This document shows, in pieces, positions 35,848 through 50,876 of a stretch of DNA of 64,000 nt. Every line of letters starts with the position of its first letter. Position 1 is the first letter of the stretch. The position numbers and the translations under genes are program-made. The notes under the pieces are model-generated. The model was not told where the DNA came from, ran no database searches, and saw only the letters and a program-made list of their open reading frames with translations. Source of the stretch: Felis catus (taxonomy: Eukaryota); contig NC_058368.1 of NCBI RefSeq assembly GCF_018350175.1, forward strand, positions 141,300,001 to 141,364,000, in the 5' to 3' direction.

Positions 35848-38800
35848 GTAGCATTTCAGTATCATGATCTAGTTACCTGCTTAGATTGGAGGTCCAGGAG
35901 CTCAATCCTCATAAACATATAAGGCAACTAACCATTTATGTATATACAAATTGCAACCAATCTGATAGTTCTTTGAGTTATCAAATTAACTTGTCATGTT
36001 GGTGTTGTAAAGACATGGCCTTTGCTTCCAGCTCTCCCCTCTTGCAAAGGCCTAAAATAATAATTGATGCCACTGTAGACTCCCTTACATGCCTGGCTGA
36101 TTCATGAACCTATTCTCCAAGTATTCACTGGGAGCCCGTTGTGATACTGAATTAGAGGACAGGACTTAGTTATTACAGCAAATGGTTACTAGGTCTAGAG
36201 GTTACGTTTTAGGATCACAATTTGGCCATTGGTGCATGATAACCCAGACAGTAAGGAGCCACTCAGCATTCTACTAATATACATACATATATATATGTGT
36301 GTTTTGTGTAGGTGTGAATGTGCATATCCTACATTAATGACTTGCGTAATCATTCTGAAGGAGTTCCACGTCCCTTAATCTTACTTAGAAGCACCTGTAC
36401 TGTCATGAATAGGTGCTGATTTATAGGACAGCCCTACGTACACCCCATGTACAGCTGGCAAGAGATCTCCATCTCTCCTCCTTCCCAACTACCATCACTT
36501 GCAGTGAAGCTTGTAATTCCTTTGCTACAGTTAAAACGGAAGCTTAGAATGTAGATGCCCCTGCGAGAAGTACTATATAGACACCGCAATTCCTATCAAC
36601 CCGCAGCGGCCTGACGTTACATCATTTCCTTAGTCTTAAGACCCTGGCTACTTAGAAGAGTGATAGCAGGACAGGTAGCAGGAGCTAGAAATGGGACCAA
36701 AATGGGGAAAGAGGAGGTTTCCTTCTCAATGTTGCCAAAAGCTAATGTTGGTATTCACTTTCATCATCAGCGAAGTAAAGAATGTGGTCCAAGAATGATG
36801 CTTTTGAAGACTTTTATCACCTCCTTTTCAAAAAGGTGACCTCAGGCTTTGTTGGGATAGCACGTTCCTTTGAAGAGCTAAGACACTTTGAGATTCCTAC
36901 TCCAGGCTCATGTTCCTCCATTTTATGCTGCATGAAACCTTAGACAGCTGAGGCTGTGCACTGCAAAGTTGAGGGCAGGACGTAAAGATGACCCTCACTT
37001 ATGCAGAACGACTCTATAAAAATACACATTAAATGCTTGATAAATCAGGGAACTCTTGGTCACTTTATCACCTCCCATACTCTCCCTCCCCCAGGAATTT
37101 TTCTTTAGATTGTGAGTTCTGCTAGCATATTCAAAATCTGATTGAATTTCTCAAGTAGCAATAGAAACAAGGCTAAGACTATAATTACTTCAAATTCAAA
37201 AGACATTTTCTGACAGTCTTGCCAGAGAATCAGGAAATTTAGAACTGCCAGGAATCTTGGAGAAGTAGGTGGAGGGGGCTCCTTATCTCAAAGGTTGAGT
37301 CAGCAGCCCCAGACCACTGGTTAGTCCACCGTGAGGCATTCTGAGCAGGATTTAATCCCGGGGACTCTTGTGCCAGACCTGCTGCCACTGATGAGGAGAG
37401 TCAGGGAAATGTGTTTTTACCGAATACCCATCCATCACCCTCTTTTCTTTATGCTTAGACTGAAAATCTTGATATCACTGTGACATAGCTCCACATCCCC
37501 ACCCCAGCCAGCTGGATAACATGCCCAGAGCTGACCTTCCCCTTGAATTTGTCACAGATACTCTCTTCCCCCTACTCTTCCCGATACCCAGGAACCACTG
37601 CAACTAGAGCGCTCAGGGTAGCCAGCACTCTGTTGTTATTCTCTGGGTGTAGGTGACCGTCATAGGGAAGGAACTGTTGGAAAGGCTCATCTGAAATGGG
37701 GGCCAGTCTGGCCAATTTGCCTCAGGGTGCTCCAAATCTACTCCCATTGGTTAAAGAAGGCAAAAACGGTGCGGAACTCTCTGCATCTCCAAAGGTCTGA
37801 AATTTCTCCTCTTGTGGGTTTGGTGAGGAAGTTTTCTTCCGCAGACGGTCCCTCCCTCCCACAGGAAGGGCTTGCTTCTCCCATCTGCTGGCGGGGGGCA
37901 GCCTTCTTCTCCTGCCTCCCACCACAACTACCCCCAGGTTTAAATCAGTGTAGGCTGGAAGAAAAGACATGTCTCACCTAATGCCACTTGTGTGTCTACT
38001 GCAGTTACTTGAGTCTCTTTTATTGAAAAAATTAAAAACAACTTGGCCCCAGGCTCCAGTCAAGGTGGAACATACTCCAGGACCACTAGCTGCAGGCCCA
38101 AAGTGTGGGTTCCATGGGTCCTCCCTGCACAGGTAGAGTCAGAGGAGAGCCCCATCAGGGCAGCTTTGGGTCCTGACTGCACCTCCCTGACCAGAGGCAA
38201 AATGGGGCCAGCTTTTCTGCTTGCTCTGGGCATTATACAATCATCAGTGTCTGAAAAGAGCTGAAAGGAACAGCATCAGGTGCTGTCCCTGGTCAGGAAA
38301 GCTATATGTGTGGACTAGGGCCAAGCCAGGAATTGCCCCCCACCCCACCCCCACTCCTGCTCCAGGTGGTCAGGGTTGGAAAGGGAAATGGCTGTCTTCT
38401 GGTAGGGACAGCTTTCCAGAAACCTTTCAGGGCTAGCTTCAGATTCATTGCTCCCTTACCCATTAGGGTCTGAGAAGCAGTTGGCATTTTTACCTCCCAC
38501 AGCCTAGGAGAACAACTCTGTAATGCCAGAGAATTATGCCTGCCCCTCTAGCCTCTTCTCGGGTACCACTTTTCCCCTACTCACTACCCTTCAGCCACAG
38601 TGATGCTATTTAAGTCTCCTGAATAAACCACTTCTTTGTTTGACCTCAGGAACACCGTGTAGGCTTTCTGCCTGGCATTCTCTCTCTCGTCCTTTTTTGC
38701 CCGGCTAATTTCTGTTTCTCCTTCAGGCTTTTATGCTGATAAAATGAAAAAATGCAGTTCTCGGTTGCACTGGCCACGTTTCAGGTGTCTGGTAGCTCCG

Positions 38801-38960
38801 TGTGACCAGGGTTTATATATGGACAGCACAGACATTGCCATCGTCACAGAGAGTCGAGCCAACAGCACTGCCCTAAACCAGATCAGGCCTTGGGGTTACT
38901 CTGTCAAAGCATCCATACTTTCCTTAGCACATTTCACAGTCAGTTACGTGTGTGTGTGTG

Positions 38961-38995
38961 ATCACTTCTCGGCCTTTTGGCTAAGACCAAGTGTA
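38961..38995 (+). pseudogene. RNU2: 3'-truncated U2 snRNA retrocopy (nt 1-35)
   Basis: atcacttctcggccttttggctaagaccaagtgta vs U2 ATCGCTTCTCGGCCTTTTGGCTAAGATCAAGTGTA: 33/35 identical; flanked by (TG)n on both sides; no poly(A). Confidence 0.9.
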
Positions 38996-39910
38996 TTTGT
39001 GTGTGTGTGTGTGTGTGTGTATGATTTGTGCCTTCCCCAGGAAATTATCAATTCCATTAGTGCGGAGAGCATGCCAGTGTAGTTCATCATTGTAGTGCCA
39101 GCGTTCTGAGTCACAGCTGGAACCCAGTAAGTGTATCATAAATGATTACTGAATGAATTCCTGAAGTACAGGATCTCTTATATAATAGTAGCCCATTTAA
39201 TAACTTCTTCCTAAGGCTGTGATCTGAGAAAACGTCCGTGTGCCCTTCCGCTCTGGTTTGTGTTCTTACATTACATACCAAGAGCTGTAGAAAGAGGGTC
39301 TCCCTTTGTGCCTCTGCCACCTGCTCACCTAGAGCTGAATTTTGTTCTTAATTGCAAGAGCCCCTTTAGCCTCAGTTTTCATGGGAAAGTTCTTGTTCTT
39401 GTCCTTGATGCTCTTGTACTGCTTGGCTTTACCCCGTTTCACCTTTGTGTGAAGAGTTTGGTTGTATTTGTGCCATTACTGCCACTCTCTCAATCTCTGC
39501 GTAAGTAAGCAAACAAAATAAGTGATACTTGTGATCTTAGGCCACTTTCTGCTCTTCACGTGTGGAAAAGAGTCAGCAATAAATGCCACAGGGCAGACAC
39601 TTGAAAAGTCCTGTTTGGCTTCTTCCTGCAAAGGACTTGGAGTGAGCAGATCCTGGGAAAAGAATTTCGGTGTCCGTGATAATACATCTGTCACATACGA
39701 CAACTCAGATTTCTGTTTCCTTCCACATAATCCACAGCAACACCACGTGATGTGATCTATCCTAGGCAGCCTCTCAACTTCCAGGAAGTCAGAGAAGGCT
39801 CATCAGACTAAGAGAACATTCTGATAATCCCAACTCCCCTGGCCCATCCCCCGAGAGACGTGTAGGATCCTGACATGCAGTGGATAACGTTCATCCTTGC
39901 CTCCTCGTGA

Positions 39911-40165
<255 letters not shown>

Positions 40166-41056
40166 TGAAACAGTAGTGGGACATTCAGTCTTACGTAACT
40201 TCTCCAAGTATTTAGCTTCTCTTAGGGCAGGGAAAGGGGGAAGTAACAATAGTTGGACCATTGTACCAGACGGTATAGTAATCACCTTGCCCTTAATAAG
40301 CTTACTTGTACTTTCCAGACTGCTTTCATCTTTCTGAATTTCATTTGCTCTTCATTGAGTTCACAAACGTGTTTTACACACGGCGCAAAAACGCTTAAAA
40401 CCCTCGTTGTCTAATAAGTACAGCAGATATTTTTACCCTCCCAGGGGACATCCTGCCTTTTGTGTAACTCCCGGAAAATGCATCTTTCCTTGGCTTTCCC
40501 CAGTTGAGTTTTTGCCACTTAAAATCCTAACTCACGAGGAGATAGCGTTGTTCCACAGGTCCCGGCAGAGTCGTTAGAGCCCAGAGGGCTGGGCAGGTTT
40601 CCCCCTGGCTGTTGTACTCCTGTCTGGTGAAAGCTGGCCAGCTGTGAACCGAGAGGAGCACTTCCTCTTGGCTGCCACAGGCCTGCGGTCAGACGATGGC
40701 TGTTTGCCACACGGCACCAGCCAGGCTGGAGAGCGGACTTCTGGGACAGGGCAGACTACACAGAGCACAGGGCTCACCTGGGCCTTGGGGAACACTTGTC
40801 AACATGGACCTATCCCTTTGATTTCCAGACATCTGCGAAAACATGGAGACCAGTTATTCTACCTTCAACTTAAAACTTCATCAGGATCAAGGCTTAATTT
40901 TTAAAACTTTGACTGAAAGAATTTTATCCAAGAGCCCGTTTTATTCAGCTCCCCGTTCTGGCTCCTGAAAGTTAGAAAAAGATGATAGGAACTGGAGAGT
41001 AATGTTTTGGCAGGTTTGTTGCCCCATGCGTTGTCACTTCTATTTTAGAGAATGAC

Positions 41057-41227
41057 TTTTTTTTCAAATTTTGTATTTTATTTTTTAAAATTTACCTCCA
41101 GATTAGTTAACATATAGTGAAACAGTGATTTCAGGAATAGATTCCTTAATGCCCCTTACCCATTTAGCCCATCCTCCCTCCCACAACCCCTCCAGCAACT
41201 CTCAGTTTGTTCTCCATATTTATGAGT
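41057..41227 (-). mobile_element. Short felid L1 3' end
   Basis: Reverse complement closely matches the L1 terminus at 27872-27990. Confidence 0.85.
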
Positions 41228-41467
41228 TAGTTACTTATTAGTGGGAAAACATTATTCCCCTACCATCATCTAAAGAAGGAATGACAGTTCTCTGTAATTC
41301 AAATCACTGTGTCTGTGCCGAATATAACGGGGACAGCTCATCAGGTTGCTGTGTCAGTCTTGTAGGGAAGGAACTTGGCATTTCCTTCTATCTTACTATT
41401 GATACGTTTCCAAGGGAAGGTAGAAGGAAACCACTTTGTAAAATAAGTGCCTACTATGTGCCAGTTA

Positions 41468-41468
<1 letters not shown>

Positions 41469-41511
<43 letters not shown>
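41469..41511. repeat. (CA)n microsatellite
   Basis: Direct reading. Confidence 0.95.
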
Positions 41512-41513
<2 letters not shown>

Positions 41514-41701
41514 ATACAAGGAAGAGTCAGCTTCCCTGGGGAACATCGAATGGTGTCATCAAGTCCTGGCATAATGGAAAGAGGGGCAGGTAAACTTTTT
41601 TATGATCTGCACTCACTTCTTAACTCTGTGCCCCCAGCTGCCTCGTGTGGTGTGGGAAGTATGGTGAAATGGTAGCAGAACAGTTCTAATTCTGGACGTG
41701 A

Positions 41702-41974
<273 letters not shown>

Positions 41975-42201
41975 TAAAGACGGGCTGAAAATACTGGCCA
42001 CAGTGTCCACGGTAACTCTGCCTTCCTTAGAAAGAAAGGTCCTGAGATGAAGCCAGTGGTGACGGGAGGAGGAGATAGGCCCAAGAGTAAGATAGACAAG
42101 AACTGCAGACAGCAGAGCCTGGATAAATGGTGGTATTTTAGGGCACCCAAAGCCTTTTCTAATTCTGTGACATTGGAGACCTCAAAAGTGGATGTTTTAA
42201 A

Positions 42202-42487
42202 AAAGAGACAAACTAAGGAACAGACTCTTTAACTATAGAGGTCAAACTGGTGGTGACCAGAGGGGAGGTGTGTGTGTGGGGGGGGAGGGGGATGGGTGAA
42301 ATAGGTGATAGGGATAAAAGAGGACACTTATCATCATGAGCACTTGAGCAATGTATACAATTGCTGAATCGCTACATCGTACACCTAAAACGAAACATAA
42401 CACTGTATGTTAGCTCTATTGGAATTAGAAAACTTAATAAAAGCAAAAGTAAAAACAGAAGCTGAAATTCAGTGTTAGAAGAAAACA
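42202..42487 (+). mobile_element. Carnivore L1 3'UTR fragment
   Basis: cagactctttaactatagaggtcaaactggtggtgaccagagggg...aataaaa; TSD tggatgttttaaa at 42189-42201 and 42488-42500. Confidence 0.85.
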
Positions 42488-43439
42488 TGGATGTTTTAAA
42501 GAACTGTATTCCTGATGATGTGCATTAAAACCACATCAGTACTTAAAGATTATATACAGTCAAACTGTGAGTGCTAGTTGATAGCAAAAGCAGAAGTCAT
42601 TTTTCCTTTTTAAAATTTACGGATGTACCTTAGTCCTGCCTTAAGGCCCCTATAAACTGGAGTTTTAGAAACACACACAGAGGGTTCACATCCCAGTTGT
42701 TTCAAATGAAATCAACTGACCTCTGAGACCATGAAGCTGCTCATAGCCCTGTAAAGTTAAAAAAGCTTTTTGCTCATTCCGTTGAGAAGAGGTTGCATAT
42801 GTTGATGGGTGATGAATGGTTGTCTTAAAAGTAACCTGATGATCAGTATGGAGACTCTCTGTGTAGAACCCATCACCTGACCGGGCCAGATGCACAAACA
42901 GTGTCCACCCCATCTGTTCTATTTCATCCTCCAGGGATCCCACAGCATCGTGTCAGGGCCTTCTCTTTCCACAGAGGACTTATGGGGGTAAGGATCTAGG
43001 GATTCAGGAGGGAAAAATTATACAGAACCACAGAATTTAGAGTTGAGGAAAGTCACCCATCAAATAAGCCCCAAGCTCTCTGTTGAGGTTTATTATTTAT
43101 CACATTGCCTAGGGTAAGCAGTAACTTCCCAGTAATAGGTAATCAAAACAACTACCTTCAGAAGCCCATTGATGGTTTAATAAATAGGTCTGATCTTGAA
43201 ACAGAACAAAAAACTCTTAAATGTTATGCTTTCATTTTGGCAGAGGTCTGCAGATCTAATTAATTTTTCACACAATGTGATGATGTCTTTGAAAGAAGAG
43301 AATAGCAATCTTCCAGGTTTTGTATAATTGGCCTATTACTGCATTTATGTAAACCTACTGCTAGACCTGGCCACTCAGTTCAGGACCCCTGACCTAACAT
43401 CCATCACTCAGTACACACTACTATACAACCAGTCTTTTT

Positions 43440-43756
43440 CTTTTTTTTTCCAAATTTTTATTTAAATTCTAGTTAGAGTGAAATATTGGGTTCACGAGAA
43501 TTCAGTGGTTCATCACTTAGATACAACACCCAGTGCTCATCATAACAAGTGTTCATCACTCATCTAGCTCATCTCCCACCCTGCCGCCCTCCATCAACCC
43601 TGTTTAATGTTCATCTGCTTTGTTTCCTAAATTCCACATGAGTGGAATATGGTGTTTATCTTTTTCTGACTGATTTCGCTTAGCATCATACTCTAGCTCC
43701 ACTCATGTCATTGCAAATAGCAAGATTTCATTCTTTTTGATGGCTGAGTAATATTC

Positions 43757-43808
<52 letters not shown>

Positions 43809-44183
43809 TTCATCAGTCAGTGGACACGTGAGTTCTTTCCATAGTTTGGCTATTGGTAGCACTGCTGTAAACATCAGGGTGCATGTGCCCCTTCGAATCT
43901 CTATTTTTGTATCCTTGTGGGAAATACCTAATAGTGCAGTTGGTGAATCAAAGTTCTATTTTGTAATTTCGGAGGCACTGCCATACTGTTTTCCTGAGTG
44001 GCTGCACCAGTTTGCATTCCCACCAACCGTGCAAGCGGGTTCCCTTTTCTCTGCATCTTAGCAACACTTGTTTCTTGTATTGTTAATTTTAACCATTCTG
44101 ACAGGTATGAGGTGGTACCTTATTGTGGTTTTGATTTGCAGTTCCCTGATGATGAGTGATGTGGAGCATCTTTTCATGTATGC
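43440..44183 (-). mobile_element. 5'-truncated carnivore L1 containing (TG)n at ~43758-43806
   Basis: Poly(T) tail, L1 3'UTR and ORF2 end; TSD-like ccagtcttttt / ccagtcttctt. Confidence 0.88.
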
Positions 44184-44892
44184 CCAGTCTTCTTAAACAT
44201 GACTGAACACACAGAGTCCCGCCCTGGTCCACTTGCTTCTCTTCATACCCCCACCCCCCAAAATGTACATGGCTCATGATTCCCTACCACTCAGAATAGC
44301 AGCCAGGAAAACATGAGCGGACAGATGCCTTAAGAGAAAGAAACAAAGTGGGTAGGGGTGGGACAGAAGGAGCTGGCAGGCATAAGAAATAGAAGTAAGT
44401 GAAGAAATGATTGAAGGGTCACAGGTATGTGTTATTTCCCATCTTTAACGTATTTTTTAAAGGTGAAAGTTGCTTTTACACATGTCCTGATAAAATTGGG
44501 AGAGAAGCTCACCTTTAAGACTACATACTAAACTACTAAATATGGCACAAAACCCTGTTTGTAGCAGTTACCTTTGGGGAAGAGGATGGAAGCGAGGGAG
44601 TGGATGAGTGGTGATAGGGACTGTGATGTTTTAAACTGGTTTTTGGGGCGTCCTCTCCTCTCCCCTCCCCTCCCTCTCATAAACATAAAAAATAGTAAAC
44701 TCTGGTTTTGTATTGACTGAGGTTATTTTTGTATGAGAATAGATCAGTGTATGGAATATGGAATTAAGGAATTAATACAATTGGAATTAAGGATGGGAAA
44801 ATTTGAGTCCCAGTCCTGTCCAAAGGTACCTGGGTGATAACTCTCTAGTGTCTGGTCATTGTGATCGCATCATCATTTTAACCATGATCTGA

Positions 44893-45111
<219 letters not shown>

Positions 45112-46904
45112 TAGAAATGGCTTCTGGTTCCCTCAGGAGTGGTTAATGTGGCTGGTCAGTAACCAAAGTTACTCTAGGGGAAAAGGGTAAACTGAGCCTT
45201 TGGAAGTACCTTGTCGTCATCAAACTGTTAGATCCTGAACTCCCTCCAAATCTGAGCTATTGTCCATTCGCTCACTAGGTTATTCTCACCATGGAGCATG
45301 TGAGGACACAGATAGGAAGAAGACACACTCCTGCACCGGTGCAGCTCAGAATATAGTAGGGGAGCTGTGTAGACATAGATAGGTCCACCCATTGCTATAA
45401 AAAAGGAAATAGCTCAAAAGGAGGTATGTTAAGGGCTATCAGAGTTAAGAAAGCTTGTTTCCTAGATTAAAAAAAAAGTCCTGGGGAAATGGCAATAGAG
45501 TCGTGTTTTTGTTTTTCTTTTGAAAGATAATTATGGAAATAGGAAAGGACTTTCTGGGAGAGAAAAAATGTACGAAATTATGAAGAAAAATAGAATTTTT
45601 ATTTAACAAGAGCAGCAGTATGTAGTTCACTTAGCCAGTGTGAAAAGGAGTTAAAGGGAAAAAATCGAGAAATTAGTAGACCACAAGATGCCATTCTAAA
45701 TACAAGCCTACTTCCAGAGAAAAGGTCCTAAGAATTGAGGTGTGTATGTGTCACAGAAACAAAAAGCTACAAGTAATGTATTTTGGGGGGACCTATATGG
45801 CTAGGCTCTACCACTAAGGCAGGATAAAGAATAGCTGAAAATGTCTAGAAGGACTGCCAGAGGGAATGACTAGCCAAGTACCCAGTAAGTTAACTGCAGC
45901 TTTCAAGGCTGGGAAGAGCCCCTGAATTGAAGAAAAGTAGGACAGGCAGTTTGGCTTGCCAGAACCAAGGGGTTAAAAATCCCAAATTACTCCTTAAGCA
46001 ACAGTGGATATTCTAAGGCTACCTCATCAATTCATCTGAAATGAGCAAGCTGAGCCCAAAGCTGGCAGGAGGCCATTAATGGGCTTCCCAGGATCCAGAG
46101 AAGAGTTGAAATCCTACTCCTAATACTCTCGTAAGTATGTGATTAGGGAATGGGAAAGAAGCGCTTTTAAGTTCTTTACTAGAAGCTCCCCGTTTAAGGG
46201 TCCTTTTCCCAGAAAGGAATGTACTGACGGTCACAAGCATCGTGACCGAAAAATCAGAAGTTACAAACGAGGCCCCGATTATGTGGCCTCTGGTTCAACA
46301 CACCATCAGGAAATGTGGATGTTAATATTCAGCTTAGTACATAATGGCCTTCACACACACACACATTACACACTCTAATGTGCAAATTATTCAGATTTAC
46401 ATACTTCCTGAGAGAGCTGCATGACCAATACCCAAATCTGAACAATCATAGTTTGTCACCCTTTCAAGTGAAAATTGTATTCCATGAAAGAAAAAAAAAA
46501 AAAAGGCTAGGTCACCTCAATAAATGTGTTTCCTCAAGACAACCATTATACTTTGGTATGCAGTATAAGGACTTTATGTGAACTTTCCATTTTGTCAAAA
46601 CATAGAATTTTCAAAGGATACATACTCAAAGGTTAAACTTTAATAAGATTAGTAATTCTTACTGCTTCAGTGAGGATATTCCTAAGTAAAATTGGGGTTT
46701 TAAACCTCAGGCATGTAGCAGTGAATAATAAAATGATTATTGGTGCAGTTTAGTGACAGTTGCCGGATTCATGCCAAGGCACAAGAAGTTTTACCCACTG
46801 CACTCTCACTGTAAATGTCAGGATTATTAGTATTAATACTACTGGTACTACTTTGGAAATCGATCTCAGGAAAGGAGTTAAGAACTCGGAGATTGATGCG
46901 TCAG

Positions 46905-47352
<448 letters not shown>

Positions 47353-47806
47353 TGAAATGTTGTTTGTTTTTTTTAAGTTAGCTATGGTGGCGTGCATGTC
47401 CACTTTCTGCATCGCCAGCACCTTGCAGAGAACCTCTGAGTACAGAAGACTCCATGGACGTTTGATAACTGGATCTACAAGTCTTCACTTCTTCAAAGCA
47501 TAGGGTTCCAAAGCTTATAGCAGTTTTTCCTATCATTGGAGGAAACTCTAGAAAGAATACCCAAAGAATCTGATTCAGAGTAGACTTAATACATTTTGTA
47601 ATGTTGCTGATAAATGGCTCTTCCACTTTTAACTAAGAGGACCTGTCTGTATTTCAGAAACTAGTGTTTAACCATCTACCCTTCTCATGCTTGTATGTTC
47701 ATGTGTAGCATAAGGCCTGACCTAGGGTACCTCTCTTCCTGTATTGAGCCTCCATATGTCTCACAGACCACCGGCCTTCTAAATGTTCCTGGCACCTAAC
47801 CTGTGA

Positions 47807-47935
<129 letters not shown>

Positions 47936-48740
47936 ACCCGAGAGAGAAGGGGACCTCTTGATCTGCAACGGGCACTGTGAATCACAGTAGTGTAAATAAG
48001 AGGCTTTCCTTTATACTGAAAAGACAGGTGTAGGTCAAGGGGTTAGTGTTTAATTTTTGACTTTGAATCATTCAAGTCCCAAATTGCATTTTTAGAAAGT
48101 TATGTTCCATTAAGAAAAATATTTTTTCTTTTGAACACTTAGTGTCCTCATCAAACTATGGAGCTCATTTACTCTAGCAGGATACAAGCAGCAAAAACTT
48201 GGTGCCTGTGAGCCCATCTCTGTGGATGACACAGCTTAGCTAGTGTTCAGCTCATCTCTTACCATAAAAGTCAACATTGCTGTTTAGCTTGACTATTTTC
48301 CTCAAGAGCACCAGTCTGAAAGATTGATAAAAACACCTAAGGAAAAAAACTATTTATAAAATGAGCAAAACAACTAGGACCAAATTATTGATAAACTAGT
48401 TTGACAGCCTCTGTGGCTAAGCAGTTCTTTTGATCAAGGGGGTGACACCCAAGGTAGACCACAGCCTGGGCCTGGTGAGTGCCTTCTGAAGACTGGTAGA
48501 AGCAGCCTGTGTAGCCTTCTTTCCTATAAAAGCAATTCACCTTAACAGTGAGCCATTCACGGTAGGGAAGGGACTGACACCTTGTTTGGGGGGAATCCAC
48601 GCACTTCCCTTGTTTCTGGTTTACAGAGGCAGTCACAAGGCCGTATAGTGAGTATTATATAAAAGCCATTAAACCTGAATGCCCTTGGATAAGATTTTTT
48701 AAAAAAGAAAATTTATATACATTCACAGTTTAAAATTTTT

Positions 48741-48746
48741 ATTAAA
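48741..48746 (+). terminator. Candidate PDE8B poly(A) signal ATTAAA
   Basis: ATTAAA ~0.8 kb after the stop; another at 48667-48672; usage inferred only. Confidence 0.4.
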
Positions 48747-50870
48747 GCAATCTGAATTTCCTGGGTACAAGTCCATGGAGTATGTTACGCAGTGTACCAT
48801 CTATACATAATGTATTTGGGGAGGGATGGGGAAGTTTCAGGGTTCAGATGTTTTTAATCTATATTTGAGACCTTGCCATTTTGCTTTAATGATGTAAAAC
48901 AGAAAAGACTGCAAGGTGTGTAAATATATCAGAAAACAGACGTAAGGGGAAGCAGTAAATACTATTTTAAGCTATTAATTGTATGCTAAAAGCTTCTAAA
49001 GCACAAGTGCATATTTTTATACAGCTCTTTTGAAAACTTTCTGTGATCTCCATAAAGTCAGACTTGAGATTTTCCTTTCTCTTTTACCAGCCACCTGTTC
49101 TCTATGTATTGTAAATATTAGAAACTCCGTAAACAAAATAGCTTCATTTTCTTTTCAAATCCTCTGTACTCCATGCTGCATTTTTCAGAGGTATAAACAG
49201 AGACTGAATTGGAATGCAGAACACTGGAAACTAGGAAATGGGAAGAAAAAAAATGACATCACTACATAATGTGCCAATGTTTTTTTCTATGTTTTGTACC
49301 AAAAAAATGAAAACCTATATGATAATTCCATGCAAAGAAATGTATCTAAATTATTTTTGTTAGATGATAAGCGAATGTGCTTGGTCAGGACAGCAGCCTG
49401 CTTTGTGTTGTGATGCTGCATTATGTAAATGTGATGAAAATGTTTTTGTGAAGTACTTGTAACTAAATTCCTACAGCCATTTTTCATTCCCAACAGCTGT
49501 TTTTATTTCATCTCTTTGGCCTAAACTTTTCATTATTTCAAAATTTCGCTTTAGTGTCCTTTATTTCACGAATCACAAACTTTGTTTTCAGACACATTAA
49601 GTTTAGGATGTCAAAATCCCACTGTAATTTGCCGAGGTTTCAGAAGCTTGCTTGAGGCAAGGACAATATTTTCCTCACCATGTTGCTTTCACTTCCATTT
49701 GGTAAGTAACATTTATCAGATGTCTGACATGTTCTACATGAATGTTACAGCTTACTCCTTATAATGTTAAATTAATTTCATAAGAACTCAAATGTTAAGT
49801 CCTCGAAGACTGCCAGGTACTAAAGCTTTAACACAGCTATGTCCTTTATCAGTGTCCTCTATTGTGGAGTAATCTTCTGAATTGCTAACTCAATATTGCA
49901 TTCCTCCATACAGTCAATTTATTAGAAATATAGTCTTTCAGAAGGTATACTTTATACTTAGTTGTTTACCAAAACATTCTGCGTTAAGGGGAGCCATATT
50001 AATTTAGAAAAATTCTAATCTAATACAGGTAGAAGACCCTTAGTACCATGAAGGTCATTCTTTATTTCCAATTTTACTTTATAAAATTGGCTTGCTGTCT
50101 AAGCAACTCAGGGCTGGTTAGTCTTGGGGGCAAAGAACCAGCCTCAAGCTGAGAAAGGAATAATACAGTGCCTCAGAAATCTAAGCTCTTGATTGTGTTA
50201 TGTGCACACAGTGTTGCAAGTTCAACTTTTTAGCAGCAGTCCAGTCTGGGCTGTTACTACAATCTCCCATCTTTCTGAGTTGGAGCTTTCACCTATGGTT
50301 TCCATCACTCTATAGGAATAGATTACTACCTGAAAATGCTACCCCAAAACATATTAGGAAATAAAGCAGTTAAAAATCTATGAATTCCTTGTATAATTCA
50401 TTGAAGAGGTCTTACACAACTCAAGACCTCATGTAGAATTTCCAAAGAAAAAGCTAGCTAGTAATGGAAGAAAGTCCATCTATAGAGGAAAATTTAAAAG
50501 CCTGAAAATGACTTGGAGACACTTAACTGAAGTGATAAACAATATGATGCACTAAGACTAGAATGCATGTCTGCCTGGTTTAGGGATACTACTCATGCTC
50601 TAACTTTAGGATGAAAACTTAGAAAGCTGGCAGAGAGATTTTAATATATTTCTCCATAAAGCTATTTTCATTGTGAATTAAAAATAATAGTATCGCTTGC
50701 CTTTACTCATTCCTAATATTAGGGCACTGGTGTGGCACAGATGACTTTAGGTCTTTTCATCTGTGGATGGTTGGGGAAATGACAGTTTATAAAGATTCCA
50801 TTTAGGCTGTATGGGATGAACACATGAGTCAGCAGCAAGGGGAAGGGTCACCCACTTTTCTTTTTACATT

Positions 50871-50876
50871 TTTATT
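50871..50876 (-). terminator. Candidate WDR41 poly(A) signal AATAAA
   Basis: tttatt on + strand ~0.9 kb downstream of the WDR41 stop; usage inferred only. Confidence 0.5.
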
